Shown piece after piece: positions 23,945 to 35,767 of a stretch of 64,000 nucleotides of DNA. How positions within the stretch are numbered: the stretch's first letter is position 1; each line of letters begins with the position of its first letter. The notes under the pieces were generated by a model. It ran no database searches, was not told where the DNA came from, and saw only the letters and a list, made by a program, of their open reading frames with translations. This DNA comes from Vicugna vicugna (lineage: Eukaryota), in assembly GCA_013265495.1 (NCBI GenBank), contig MU058781.1, forward strand, positions 5,998,118-6,062,117, in the 5' to 3' direction. A program made the position numbers and the translations under genes.

Positions 23945-24140
23945 TAACTATCAACATTTGTTGAGCCTTTGTTCCTTGCCACGCAGTGTTCTGAGCACCG
24001 TACATGTATTAACTCAATTACTTCTTGCAGGAAGCATGGTCATTATCCCCATTTCACAGATGAGGGCTGGTTAAGTGACCTGGCTGGAGTTCAGGGCCAG
24101 AAGGAGTAGGGCTGAGTTTAAGCAGTTGCAACCAGGCACA
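23945..24140 (-). mobile_element. MIR SINE
   Basis: 'aacatttgttgagcc..attatccccatttcacagatgagg..ggttaagtgacctg'. Confidence 0.75.
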
Positions 24141-26228
24141 CACTGTTGTTGTCTGTTACTCTAAATGAGGTGATGCAGAGGGGTGGGGGTCATGCCCAAG
24201 GGAGTTGGAGAAGAGGAGGGACGTCCATTTCCCCCTACACTGTCCACCCTCCTGCCACCTCCACTCCCGCCCCACCGGAAGTGGCAGGACAGTGCTGGCC
24301 TGGTGACTGTGGGTCTATTTTTAGTCCTCCCGAAATCCTCATCCAAGAGAGGCTGAGTCTCTCCCTGGTTTCTATACTCAGACACACTCTCTGATTAGAG
24401 GAGGACGAGCTCTGAGCGTCACTGTAATTAAAGTGCTTCTCAGATGAGGATGCGTCTAATGCCTCTGCTAATGCAGATCTGTGGAGGATGCTTTGAAACT
24501 CAGTTAAAAAAAATAGAAGCATTGATTCATTTTGTCAGAAAGAGGAAACGGCCATGAGCAAGGAGCTTCTTTATAGTTTATTCCTGTATCAGTTTCTTCG
24601 GGATTCCCCAGAAACTAACTGCACGTTCTTCCTCTTCTTCTGAGGACATCCACTGCATTCCTCTCCCCACCCCCAGATTTATATCCTTGCCCCGCCTCCC
24701 CGACAAGGTTCCTTCTAAAACATGGAGGCCTCTCCTGGGGTTCTCGATGCCTGACACCTGGACCACAAAAATCATACTCCCATGTCTGAGTAGGGGAGGG
24801 TAGGTTACTGAGTTCAGGAAGCATTCACAACAGAGTTGAGAAGTCTATATTCCTTATGTATCTTCAGAATTGTCAGCAAGGCATAACCTCCAGGTTATTC
24901 AAATTTTCTTTCTCAATAGGACATTAGTTGATGACGGCGTGGGAAGTTCGCTCTTGCCATGGTTGTCTGTAAAGAATCATTGGTCCCATTCACAGGACCT
25001 TGTAGAAATGTAAGTTGTTTCAAGAACATGTGGATGATCTTTTCTGGGTCTCCCATACACCGGGGCAATTGGAAAATGAGATGGAGCCTTGACTGATGTG
25101 GGAAATCAGAGCTGCTCCCATGGACAGGAGTCTATGCATCTGCAGCTCCATGGTGCCTTCTAAACACGGCTATTTGCACCCAATACCTCCTGTACCTAAA
25201 GGCCCTGTACACTAGGTCCAAACAGTGGGAAGCTCACCAGAAGAATTCTCTAAATTGTTCCTTATATCAGACATCAGCCTGAGTTCTCTCTTAACCCTGA
25301 CATAATCATAAGGGTAACACGCAAATGTATACCGTCTCCAAAATATGCACAGAATTACGGAAATGTGAAAGGTAACTACTTTTAGGTCTGACAAACACGG
25401 CAGTGCCCGCTCTGTACCATCTCTGGGAGGCCTTGCATGTCATCTGAAGACACTAGCAGCAGGCATTCCTAGAACATTGAAATAGCCTGTCTCTGTAGAA
25501 TTAGCTCGGCAGCCAGCATCGGAGACGTTAGGAGATAATTATGTCTTCCATGAAATGAAGTTCTGTTCTAAGGAGGGACGGTGGCCAAGATGCCAGGTAT
25601 ATTTTTCTCTTTATTTGTATCTTGGCCATCTCATGCCAAGACAAATTCCCAGCCACCCTTTGGCTCCTGTTTCTCTCTTTCCTGAAATGACTTTATTCTC
25701 TCAGCGCTCACTAGTAACTAGCACCATAAAAATACAGATTTTATGTGTCTCCAGGATTTTATTTGGGACATGCTTTGGGGTTCTTGCATAACCTCTTTGA
25801 AAAGAAGTTTGCAAAAACATAATGATCTAGTCATCTGCTTTTCTTTTTTTAGCTCAAAATAATCAAATTACCAGGTAGAAAAGATTTGAGCTCTCGACTT
25901 GAAATTTTGTGCCAAATTGATTCAAAGTTAACATATTTTTTAAAGGGTTATCTAATTAAATCTCAAATGATGCTTGCTAATGCTTAGCCCTTTTTTTCTG
26001 ATCCCAGCTACCTAGGCTGTCTTTGAGGACCTAAGGAACCAGTAAATAAGAAGGTAAGGGAAAAAAAGCAGGAAGGAGAGGGGAATTAGAAGATAGATTA
26101 AATTCATGCCCTTTGTGTGGTATCTTTAATATGAAAGGCTTTTTATATCACTCCCTGGAAAAAAGATATTATTTGGAAGAGATAGGGGGCCACCCCTAGT
26201 CATATCTTCTGCTATCACAGCTGTCGTG

Positions 26229-26340
26229 CAGTGCTGCCATGTACTGTTGTTCAGTTTGAGCATGCACAACTCAAGGGGGCACCATTCCTGTTATGATCTA
26301 TGTGTATGGGCCTGACGACTGACATTTCTTCTCTGGCACT
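26229..26340 (+). mobile_element. MER91-like hAT-Tip100 fragment
   Basis: 'cagtgctgccatgtac..tgcacaactcaagggggcaccattc'. Confidence 0.55.
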
Positions 26341-27394
26341 GAACCCTGGCTCCCTGCCTTCCCTCCCTAGCTTTGACCTGCACTCAGTTTTCCAAGTGAG
26401 TCCTTTTTCAGCCACTCTAGTTTTTGTCCCCATCTGGCACCATATGCTTCCTGAAGGTCCATCCACACAATCAACTGCTTGACTAGATTTGCCCATTCTG
26501 AAGACAGAAACTTGGACACTTGCTCTGTTCCTGGCATCGCCTAGTGACTTCTTGGGGCAGCCCTGGCTCCCAGCCAGGACTCTGCTTCTTGGGTCATTAA
26601 ACAATCTATTGCTTAGGTTTTGATTTCCAGTTATGCCCTTAACCTCCTACCCTGGGCTTTCCTGTCTTCCTAGTCCCACTTTGTCCCTGGTATATCTGGA
26701 AACAGGAGAAAGATTCCCAGAATCTTCCCCTATTTAGTAGGTAGAGGAGGGGGGAAGAGCAAAGAAGAAAACTAAAGTTCTCCCCCCAAAGACCCAAGCC
26801 TGTCCCATTCTGGTCCACTTTGTCAAGTGCTGATCTGGCCCTTAACATGACTTTCATCATGGAAACTGCAGACAGCTATAGTCTTTTATTCCAATACAAA
26901 AGTGTTTTGAAATGGTCCTTTCATCAAAATCCATTTACATCTTCCTATGAGATCTTAAGAAAGCTTGTTTCAGTCACTGATGGAGAGATACCGAGTGCTG
27001 CTTGCCCCGCGTATTTGATTCTGCTAAAAATATTCCACAGCCACCTCAAGAAGCCTTACTTTGTCTTTTGGAGTGTTAGCTAGCTGCCGCTTCATCACAC
27101 CGGCCTCTTCTGGTCCTTTCTTTTTCTCTCCTTTCTTTTATTTATTCATTTTTTTCTGTTTCAAGGACTCATTTTCTCTCAAGCTGAAAGGGACCTCAAG
27201 AAATCATCTCATTCAGTCCTTTGCATTGAGATAAATAAGATAGATGTATCCCTGTTTTGTAGAAGAGGTCACAAGCCCAGTCAGAGGAAGAAACCGGCTT
27301 CAAGGCACAAAAACACATAGAAGCCATAAACCGTGGCTATGAATTAGGTTTATGTGGGGACTAAGCGTTCGGGGCAATTCAGTTAGGATCTCTG

Positions 27395-27582
27395 AGGATG
27401 GTATTTCTCGAGTCTAACCGTATCAGAATCCCCTGGAGTTTTGGTTAAAAAGCAGATTGCTAGGTCTCCCCAGAGTTTCTGATCAGGAGGTCTAGGTGGA
27501 CCCAAGAGCTTGCACATCCAACCAGTTCCCGGGTGAGGTGATGCTGATGCTGCATGTGGGTCCCCACCCTGGGAAGCACTGG
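27395..27582. mobile_element. MER5A hAT-Charlie element
   Basis: 'atcagaatcccctggag..gttaaaaagcagattgctagg..cagagtttctgatc..tgctgatgctgc..gggaagcactg'. Confidence 0.85.
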
Positions 27583-28211
27583 TGCTGGGAAACACCTTTG
27601 TGTGGGGTTAACAAAGGACAGACTAGCTCAGGACGAGTCAGTGGCCCACTTCAAAATGCCCAGTCTCTGTTCAGTGACTCAGGAACTCCAGTCAATGTGA
27701 AGAACCAACCGCATGTCTCCCACAAGTTGACAAGACAGGAAGTGGGCTGGACCAGAGGATTCTGTCTCCTTCGGCACCTTCTCCCTGGTCTTTGGTCTCG
27801 GCGCTACCCTCCATCCTGTCCCCATTCCCTCAGGGCTCTGCCGTACTTCTGACATCTGGGGCATCGTGTGTCCAAGGCCCTCCCTCTAACCCTACCAAGT
27901 CTTTCTTTCCTTGGGCCACGTGCTGTCCTACCCACACCTCCCTTTCACGTCCCCGGGCGCCCGGTGCAGGGGGGTGTCAGTCTCTCAGCTCTGTCCTATT
28001 GCTGCTTCCTGCTCTGCACTATGTGTTGAAAATACTCACTGGCCAGCTGCTAGGCCTTTTGCCTTCTGTGTACTTTCTCATGAAGACCAGCCTAAGAAAC
28101 TGGTCACTTCTGCTTCAGATATCTGTGTCCCTAATGGCTCACGAATTAGATTTTCTGATTTTGGACTGAAAAAGGTACCTCTTCCATTTGCAGAGCAGAA
28201 CTGATTAACAT

Positions 28212-28400
28212 ACTTAATTCCTTCACCCATTTGCCAAACATGTATAGGTTAATATGTGACTAGCACTATCTTAGACTTAAAGACAAGGAGAGAAATGAGA
28301 CATACTCTCTTCCCTCAGGGAGTAGGTGGGGAGATAGGCTTGTATTAGGACTCCCAGTTCAGTACAACGGGTGCAAACGTAGAACCACACATCAGATAGA
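28212..28400 (-). mobile_element. L2 fragment
   Basis: 'ttcacccatttgccaaacatgtat..tatgtgactagcact..ccctcagggag'. Confidence 0.5.
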
Positions 28401-29029
28401 GTAGTTTATCGGGGCAGGAAGGTGCAGCTGAACTCCAGGCTGGGACTGGCAAGTTCTCCATTTCCCTGGGACCTGGGCTTGGGGTGTCTAAGCATCACTG
28501 TTTGGCAATAGGAGGTTGATTTATCTATAAGAGGAATGACAGCATGCATGTACAAGAGGCCAGCGTGCCACTGTCCCCCAGCAGTGTGCTGGGCAGGGTA
28601 ACAGAAAGTCCACACCTTAGAAGGGGTACCAAAGGGAATATAAAGTGTTAAGTGAGAATGAGGGGTTTCAGATGCTAAGTGTGAAATGAGTGGGGGCACC
28701 TCAAGTTGAGGGGCATACCCACAGAGCCAGGTTAGGAAGCAGAAGAGGGGACAGCACATTAGGGAGGGAGTGCTCACCACCAATGAGAGCTTCTCCTGGG
28801 TACGGGAAGAGCTTAGAAGCAGTGGGTTGGAATCACCCTAACTTTGCTGAGGGCCTGTTCCCACCACGTCGTTTCATCCTAGGCTGCTCCGCATTTTCCA
28901 CGATGACTTGTTTGAGAAACAGAGCTAGTCCTTGGGAACCCTGCCACTGGCTCTCACTGGGAAGATGACCCTCAGGATGGCACCAGTATCTAAGTGTCTT
29001 GGGCAGTGGGAGAGGATGTCAGAAACAAA

Positions 29030-29254
29030 CAAAACCATGGGAAACAGTATGGAAGTTCCTTAAAAAACCAGAAGTACCATATGATCCAGCAATCCCATTC
29101 CTGGGCATGTATCTGGAAAAGACGAAAGGTCTAATTTGGAAAGACACATGTACCCTAATGTTCACAGCAGCAGTATTTACAGTAGCCAAGACATGGAAGC
29201 AAACTAAGTGCCCCAAAACTGATGACTGGACACACACATTCTCACACACACACA

Positions 29255-29300
<46 letters not shown>

Positions 29301-29674
29301 AATATTACTCAGCCATGAAAAGAATGAAATAATGCCATTTGCAGCAACACGGATGGACCTAGAGATTATCATACTAGGTGAAGTTAAGTCAGACAGAGAA
29401 AAACAAATATTATATAATATCACTTACATGTTAGATCTAAAAAGTAGTACAAATGAACTTATTTACAAAACAGAAACAGACTCACAGATGTAGAAAACAA
29501 ATCGTATAGCACAGGGAACTATATTCAATACCTGTAATAATCTATAATGGAAAAGAATTTAAAAAGAATATAGATATATACATATATGCATGTATAACTG
29601 AATCACTTTGCTGTACACCTGAAACTAACACAATATTGTAAATCAACTCTACTTCAGTTTAAAAAAAGAAAGAA
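29030..29674 (+). mobile_element. 5'-truncated artiodactyl-type L1 (ORF2 end plus 3' UTR)
   Basis: ORF 28999-29493 contains VWKFLKK.EVPYDPAIPFLG..TCTLMFTAAVFTVAKTWKQ (ORF2p C-terminus); probable TSD agaaacaaa at 29021-29029 and 29675-29683. Confidence 0.92.
29231..29298. repeat. Interrupted (CA)n microsatellite inside L1
   Basis: Pure (CA)20 at 29259-29298. Confidence 0.95.
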
Positions 29675-30707
29675 AGAAACAAAGCCCTGCCAAGTGCCCA
29701 GGGTGGAGGGAAGAAGTGACCTGCAAGGTGGATGTTGAGACCAAGGGCCAGGTGCTCTCTGAGTGGTCCGCAGATGCATGCAGACTAGTGCAGAGGGAAG
29801 AAAATGGCTCACAGAGCAATCCTTTCATTACTTTTCCACAATTTGCTGACCCTCTCTGGGATCCAAAGTGCTTCCTTCTATGCTGTGATGTGGTTAAGTA
29901 GAATTTTTGTCAACAGAATCCTTTCAAAACTATGCCTAGGGGAGTTGCTATTTAAAGGCAAAAGAGCCAATCTTTATCTAAAAGGAGGACTTCTCCCGTA
30001 AAATGAATAATTGCCTTCTATTATACCTGTTTCTAAAGACTGAATTAAAAATTTTTTTTTATTTGAAGTGTGGGCCAATTCTTTGGCATAATTGCTCAGT
30101 GGACAAAATCCTTCTTGAGTACTTATCCATTTTCTCTGGCTTCCTGCGAGAATTCCAGATCCTTGTGAGCTTCCTGCCTATTGGTGAGGACTCCAACCAG
30201 TTTTAGCCTTGTTCACCCCCACTATTGTCAGCCCAGACAGGCCCTTTCTGATCCACACACTTACGGGAAAGGCTCCCTGTTCTGTGTCTCTTGCCTTCGG
30301 TATGCCACTCTTTGCAAATGTGATGAGTGTTAGTGGGCTAAATCTCTAGAGAAACACTTGGAGAAGGCTTTGGGGAACCAGCGCCTTAACCCAAAGGAAT
30401 ATTTGTAATGATCTAATAGAATCGAAGGAGACACTTTTGCCTTAGAAATATTTCCTAATACTCCTTTTCTAAACATCCTCCCAACAGCTCCCTATACTAG
30501 ACATGAGTTTAGCAAATTCTAAGTCCAAATGTATCATGTACTCTAAACTCGACCGTGAAAGAGCTTCAGGGAAGAGAAAAAAAAAAAAAGGCTCTTCTCA
30601 CAGGTAAAATAATCTAGGAGAAAAACTGAGAAGAATTAGAACTCTCCAAGGTGGGGAAGAGAATGTTACAGAGGAAAGATTAACAGTAGCTTAAAATATG
30701 TCTTGCA

Positions 30708-31110
30708 CAGTGCTGTCCGGTGGAAATAAAGGTGAGATCCACAAATGATTTTAATTTCCTAGTTTCCGGTGGAAATAAAGGTGAGATCCACAAATGATTT
30801 TAATTTCCTAGTTTCCGGTGGAAATAAAGGTGAGATCCACAAATGATTTTAATTTCCTAGTAGCCATATTAATGTAAAAGAAATAGGTAAAAATTACTTG
30901 AATAATATATTTTATTCAACATATCTAATTGTTTTCATTTCAATGTGTAATCAATACAAAATTATTTTAGTAAGATATTTTAACATTCTTTACACTAATT
31001 CTTAGAAACCCAGTGTGTAGTTTACAATCAAGCATTTCAGTTTGGACAAACCACATTTCCTGGGTTCATTGGTCACATGTGGCTAAGTGACTATGTAATG
31101 GACAGTGTAG
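30708..31110 (+). mobile_element. MER33 hAT-Charlie element
   Basis: Ends 'cagtgctgtcc' and 'ggacagtgtag'; internal 'tagtagccatatt..aataatatattttatt..cacatgtggcta'. Confidence 0.85.
30716..30861. repeat. Perfect 49-bp tandem repeat, about 3 copies
   Basis: Unit tccggtggaaataaaggtgagatccacaaatgattttaatttcctagtt starts at 30716, 30765 and 30814. Confidence 0.97.
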
Positions 31111-31244
31111 GGCTAGACCCTAAATGGGCCTACAGCTGAGAGGCCTGAGGAGCTGTTCAGAGCATCCACGAGGAAGAAACAAGAAGGAACTTAAGTTGGG
31201 CAGGTGAAGGAGGCTATAAAAACATGGAGGCTTGGGTACCACCA

Positions 31245-31345
31245 CTTTTCTGAATTGATTGGCCTGGGGTGGACCCTGGGCATTAATAATTTTTAAATGC
31301 TCCCCAGCTGATTCTGATGTATAGCCATAGCTGAGAGCCACTGGG
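31245..31345. mobile_element. MER5-type fragment
   Basis: 'ggcctggggtggaccctgggcatt..tccccagctgattctgatgtatagcca..ctgagagccactg'. Confidence 0.75.
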
Positions 31346-34300
31346 CTAGAGGAAGAATTTCCACAAAGTCAGAACACTTCCACATTAAAATGAAACTTTA
31401 GGGGGCTCCAGCATCTCTTGTGCCCAAATTTGAGAACTGGAAGGAAACTTCAGTGTCATGGAGTCTTCTGTCTTGTTTTACAAAGGGTGGAAAGCCAGCA
31501 TTGGCTATTGCTGTTTGGTGTTTACTGGTGATTTTGTTTTCTAATTTATTTGTTCATATCCTCAACCACCGCCCCCCTTTTCCTTTTTCAACGTGGAAGA
31601 GATTTTTTTCAAACTCATTTCTGTCTGGGTTGAGCTTGGGGGTATGTGCTGATGATTCCAAAAGCCCCACCCGGGTCCGAGTGACCACGGTTGGTTTCTC
31701 GTGGGCTGAATCCAGGAACCCCTGCATTACCCAGGTACGTCCTGCCACTGGGTACACAGGATGAGGAACTATAGTCTCCGCTCAGCCCCCACCTTACAGC
31801 CACTCGTGGGAGGATCTCTGTCCACTCCCTGGTTACCATCCTGCCCTCCATTTCTCTGAGACAGAGAAGGGTTTAGCTCTGTGCATATGGTTTATAACCC
31901 ACCTTTGCAGGGCTATTGCATTTTCACAAGTTCTTGCTAACCTAATGGGCAATTTGTGCCAGCAAGCTAAATATTTAGAAATAAGAAGACATGCTCTACT
32001 GTCAAATAAGAGCAGTTTCAGTGAAGGTCATAGGGGGGTCCGGTGTGTTGGATGAAATCCTGTGCATAGTCAATGCATGAATGTCATCATGTAGGGAGAA
32101 CTGAGTACAGAGGATGCTGTGGCCTCCAGAGAGGATACAGGATTGGTGCTGAAAACAGGCTTTGTCAGGAGCTCAGATAACAACCTTCTCACTTATGATA
32201 CCTCAACCTCTTCAATGCCTCTTTCAGACAGCAGTAAATCGCTTTCTCACTGGCTCTTGTCTCTAAAAGTGGGTCAGTTTCAGTGCTTGCTTTTCAGTGT
32301 CTGGAAAATGTCTATTGTCTTCTATCCTCTTATTTAGCAGCTCTAGCCAAAGAGAATGAAAGAGACAGAGACTAGCCACTTAAGTCACCGAAAGAGGAAG
32401 CTGAAATTTTGTCCTTCACTCCTTAAGGGTTTGCAGATGATCTGAAAGGGACCAGGTTTGTACCAGGAAAGCATAGAAATAGGTTATTTCGTTTATTACC
32501 CTCTGGTTCTAGTAGATCTATAAACTAAAATTCTTAAGAATTGCCTCCAAATTCCTTTAAAAACCCTGCATCTACGGTACTGTTGGGGGCTCCTTTCTGA
32601 GAATCCCAGGGGAGGTTCGCTGGTGATAAATGCTGGAACCCCGAAACAGAACAAATTGGTCTCACAAGCAGCCAGTGACAGTCTTCCTGAATACAGCTGC
32701 TTTCTTCATTAGAAAACTAAAAATAGCCCTGATCATTGCAGGCTGGTTTCACTTTAAGCCTTCTGCCACATCCATTTGTCTGTTTCATTCAGGGTTTCTG
32801 CATGTCTCTGACACCGTGATACTATTTCAGATGAAAAGTGCATTGAAGAAATGTTTGCTTTCCCTCCCCCATGTTCATTCCAGATGTCCCCAACTGTCCA
32901 ACGCTGTTTCCTATTAGGAGAGCTCACGGGAATCTTCCGGCATCTTTGCCATCCCCATCTGCCTCACTCATTTTTGGAAAAATAAACAGCATCCACGTTG
33001 CAAGCAAGAATCTACAATTATTAGGGTTTTTTTTTTCCCTAAGGAAATGTTCATTACATGTGTGACTTTCTATGGATAGCTCATGAAATTTTGAGTACAA
33101 CTACCCTTTTCAGCTGACGTAGGATTTTAGTAGAGTCTCTGCTCAGACGTAGTTCCAGGAGACATTTATTTTTCGCCCTCTTGGAGCCAGCTGACTCTGT
33201 GGCCACTGGAAAAGCCAGTTTCCTTTTGAGCTTTAAGTGATAAGGAAACCCACCGTGGGGGGCAGCTTATGTGAGTAGGTCGGTCTGTGGGAATCGGGGA
33301 GAATGGATACTTAACCCCTGCCCTTCCCCATCTCGCCAAAAGTTGGTTTTGTGTTACACGTAGAGGGGGTACCATGATTATAGCAAGGTGGGCCCCTTAG
33401 GTAGTCAATAGCAGTCTGGCTCTGTTATCTTTCCTCCTTTCAGCATCCATGGTATTGAGGGAATAAAACATAAAAGAGGAAAAAATTGGGGGAAGAACAA
33501 AAGAAATCAACTTGCTGCTTAATATCATCCGTTTACAAAAGGTCCACTCACGAAACAGACATGCAAAGTCATACCCGGAATCATTTCTAATTAAAATACG
33601 GAAAAGAAACCTCAACCTGAAATCTGACCACGTTGTATGTACCCTTGTATGTACAAAAGTAAGATTTAATGGCTTTAATAGAACCAAAACTCCTAAAGAT
33701 GAGAGCTAATGTTGCTATGGAAACTTTTACATGTCTTGATGGCAGAACTCTTCGTTTAAATTTGCAAACTTAGTATCACATTAGCTTTTTTCACATTGGA
33801 TTTCTGGTTGGTCTTTTAAGAAGATAAAAGGAGAAAAACTACATAGCATACTAGTACTTCTTGGGACACTCCTAGCCAAAGGAGAGGGTAGTTTATCACC
33901 ATTTGACACTTTTTTTTTTTGCCTGCACAGGGAAACCTCCACAAGGGAGCTTACATAAGGGCCACGCAGGGTGAAAGTTTTATAGTCAAGCATAATTAAT
34001 TCAGTGCCAATATTTTCAAAATTTGAATGATTTCCTTTTCTCATAGAATTCAATGTCCAAAGTCTGAATCAATAGCCAGGGGGGTTGGGGGATTTAAAAT
34101 TCTAAAGTGTACAGCGCTCAACGCCCTATAGAAGGTAGAAAAAGCCCTGCACTCGGCAGTCAAAGTTCCTGGCGATGCCCGACACCTCTGCTGATCTGCT
34201 ACCACTACCCGCGGCGCTAGGAAGTTGGGCCCTTCGTGAGTAAAAGCAATGGGGAAAGAACGCCACTTGGAGAACTGTGCAGCGATCATTCGGAAGGCTT

Positions 34301-34464
34301 CAACATCCCTGGCCCCACTATTTCTCCATCATCCTCTCCCTTACTCTCAGCCCAGCCTTGGCTGGGTGGTGGGTGGGGAGGAGGGGTGTCTCTGTAGAAG
34401 GTTTGGCAAACTGGAATCTTCGGAAGCTTTAGCGTCAGGTGGACCTGGATATAAAGAGAGCTCC

Positions 34465-34620
34465 ACCCTGGGGCAGGCTGTTGAATTTCTCTGAGCTTCA
34501 AGGTTCCCTCTAGATGGAGGTAATAATGCTTAGGCCACATGAATGTTGTAAAAGATGATTGAGATTCACGTGCAAAATACTGAGTTCTTTACCTGGAGCC
34601 CAGCAGGCTCTCCAAACATA
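34465..34620 (+). mobile_element. MIR fragment
   Basis: 'tctctgagcttcaaggttccc..atggaggtaataatg..gttgtaaaag'. Confidence 0.55.
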
Positions 34621-34974
34621 TGTTTTTCTCCAGTTGAAAAGTGTGCATCGTCAGGGATTTGGGGGCCAGGAAGGGGCAAACTAGATCCAGACTGCATCTA
34701 TGAAGTCCTTTTGAAGTGGACATAAACTCCTTCTCTTCTCCTGTCTCTGCTATTACATATTTTGATTGTTTTTTTAACCTAAATTAATGCGTTTATTCTG
34801 AAACTCATTCACTTGTGCTATGATGACCTCATCTTGGTTGCTACACACAGTGCTCTGCAGAAGGCCTGCAAAATAGATACTTGTTGGAGGCAGCAGGGAG
34901 TCAGGGGGGTATGAGGCACATAGGATTTGGGAGGGGGCTCTAATTTAAATGAACAAGATATAGAGACACAGAAT

Positions 34975-35060
34975 CAGGCTCGGGGCTTAGGAAGGGGCCC
35001 ATGCAAGTGTGGTGCCCCGAGGCGAAAGCTTTGTGAGCATCACAGTAAATCTAGCTTTGT
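34975..35060. mobile_element. hAT-Tip100-like DNA transposon end
   Basis: 'ggaaggggcccatgcaagtg..ccccgaggcgaaagcttt..cagtaaatct'; family uncertain. Confidence 0.4.
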
Positions 35061-35309
35061 CTGGGGAAGCAAACACAGACCTAGGAATTACTGATGAATG
35101 ATCACCTGCCTTTCTGTGACCTTGTACTATGCTGGCACCTCGTGTTGGTCCTATGACAATTCAATTTAGGTCTGTTACGTGAGATGCAAACTAGTGATGC
35201 AAAAGCACTGTACCCACAAGGTATGACCAGGGGGTGTGGGACAGATGGATAGCCATGAGACCATAGAGTCATGGGAAAAATTCAGAGTATGGCTTTTATC
35301 AATAACCCA

Positions 35310-35767
35310 TGAATCCATCTGTTGGGACTGCCGTAACAAATTCTACAGCTGGGTGGTTTGAACAACAGAGATCGATTTCTCATAGTTCTGGAAGCTGGGA
35401 AGTCCAAGATCAAGGTGCTGGACAACTTGATTCCTCATGAGAACTGCCTTCCTGGCTTGTAGATGGGCCCCTTCTCATTGTGTTCTCACGTGTCCTTTCT
35501 TCTGTGAATTCCCAGGGGGAGGCAGGGTAGGGGCGGAGAGAGGGGGACGGGGAGAGAGGCGGGGAGGGGGAGAGGGGGAATAAGTGGGAGAGGGAGAGAA
35601 TCTGGTCCTTTTCTACAAGTTCACCAGTCCTGTTGGACTAGGGCCCCACCCCTATGACCTCATTTAACCTTAATTACCCCTTTAAAACCCTCTTTCCAAA
35701 TCCTGTCCCATCAGGGAGAGGGCTTCAATATATGGATTTTGCAGGGGACACAATTTAGTCCACAGCA
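35310..35767 (-). mobile_element. MLT1A-type LTR
   Basis: 'ctgccgtaacaaa..aagtccaagatcaaggtg..gacctcatttaaccttaattac..ggggacacaatttagtccacagca'. Confidence 0.9.

Noticed and set aside
28999..29493. 164-aa ORF with THTH repeat
   Set aside because: L1 ORF2 end plus a (CA)n microsatellite
30716..30861. Regular repeats that could suggest a CRISPR array
   Set aside because: Head-to-tail units with no unique spacers, in mammalian DNA
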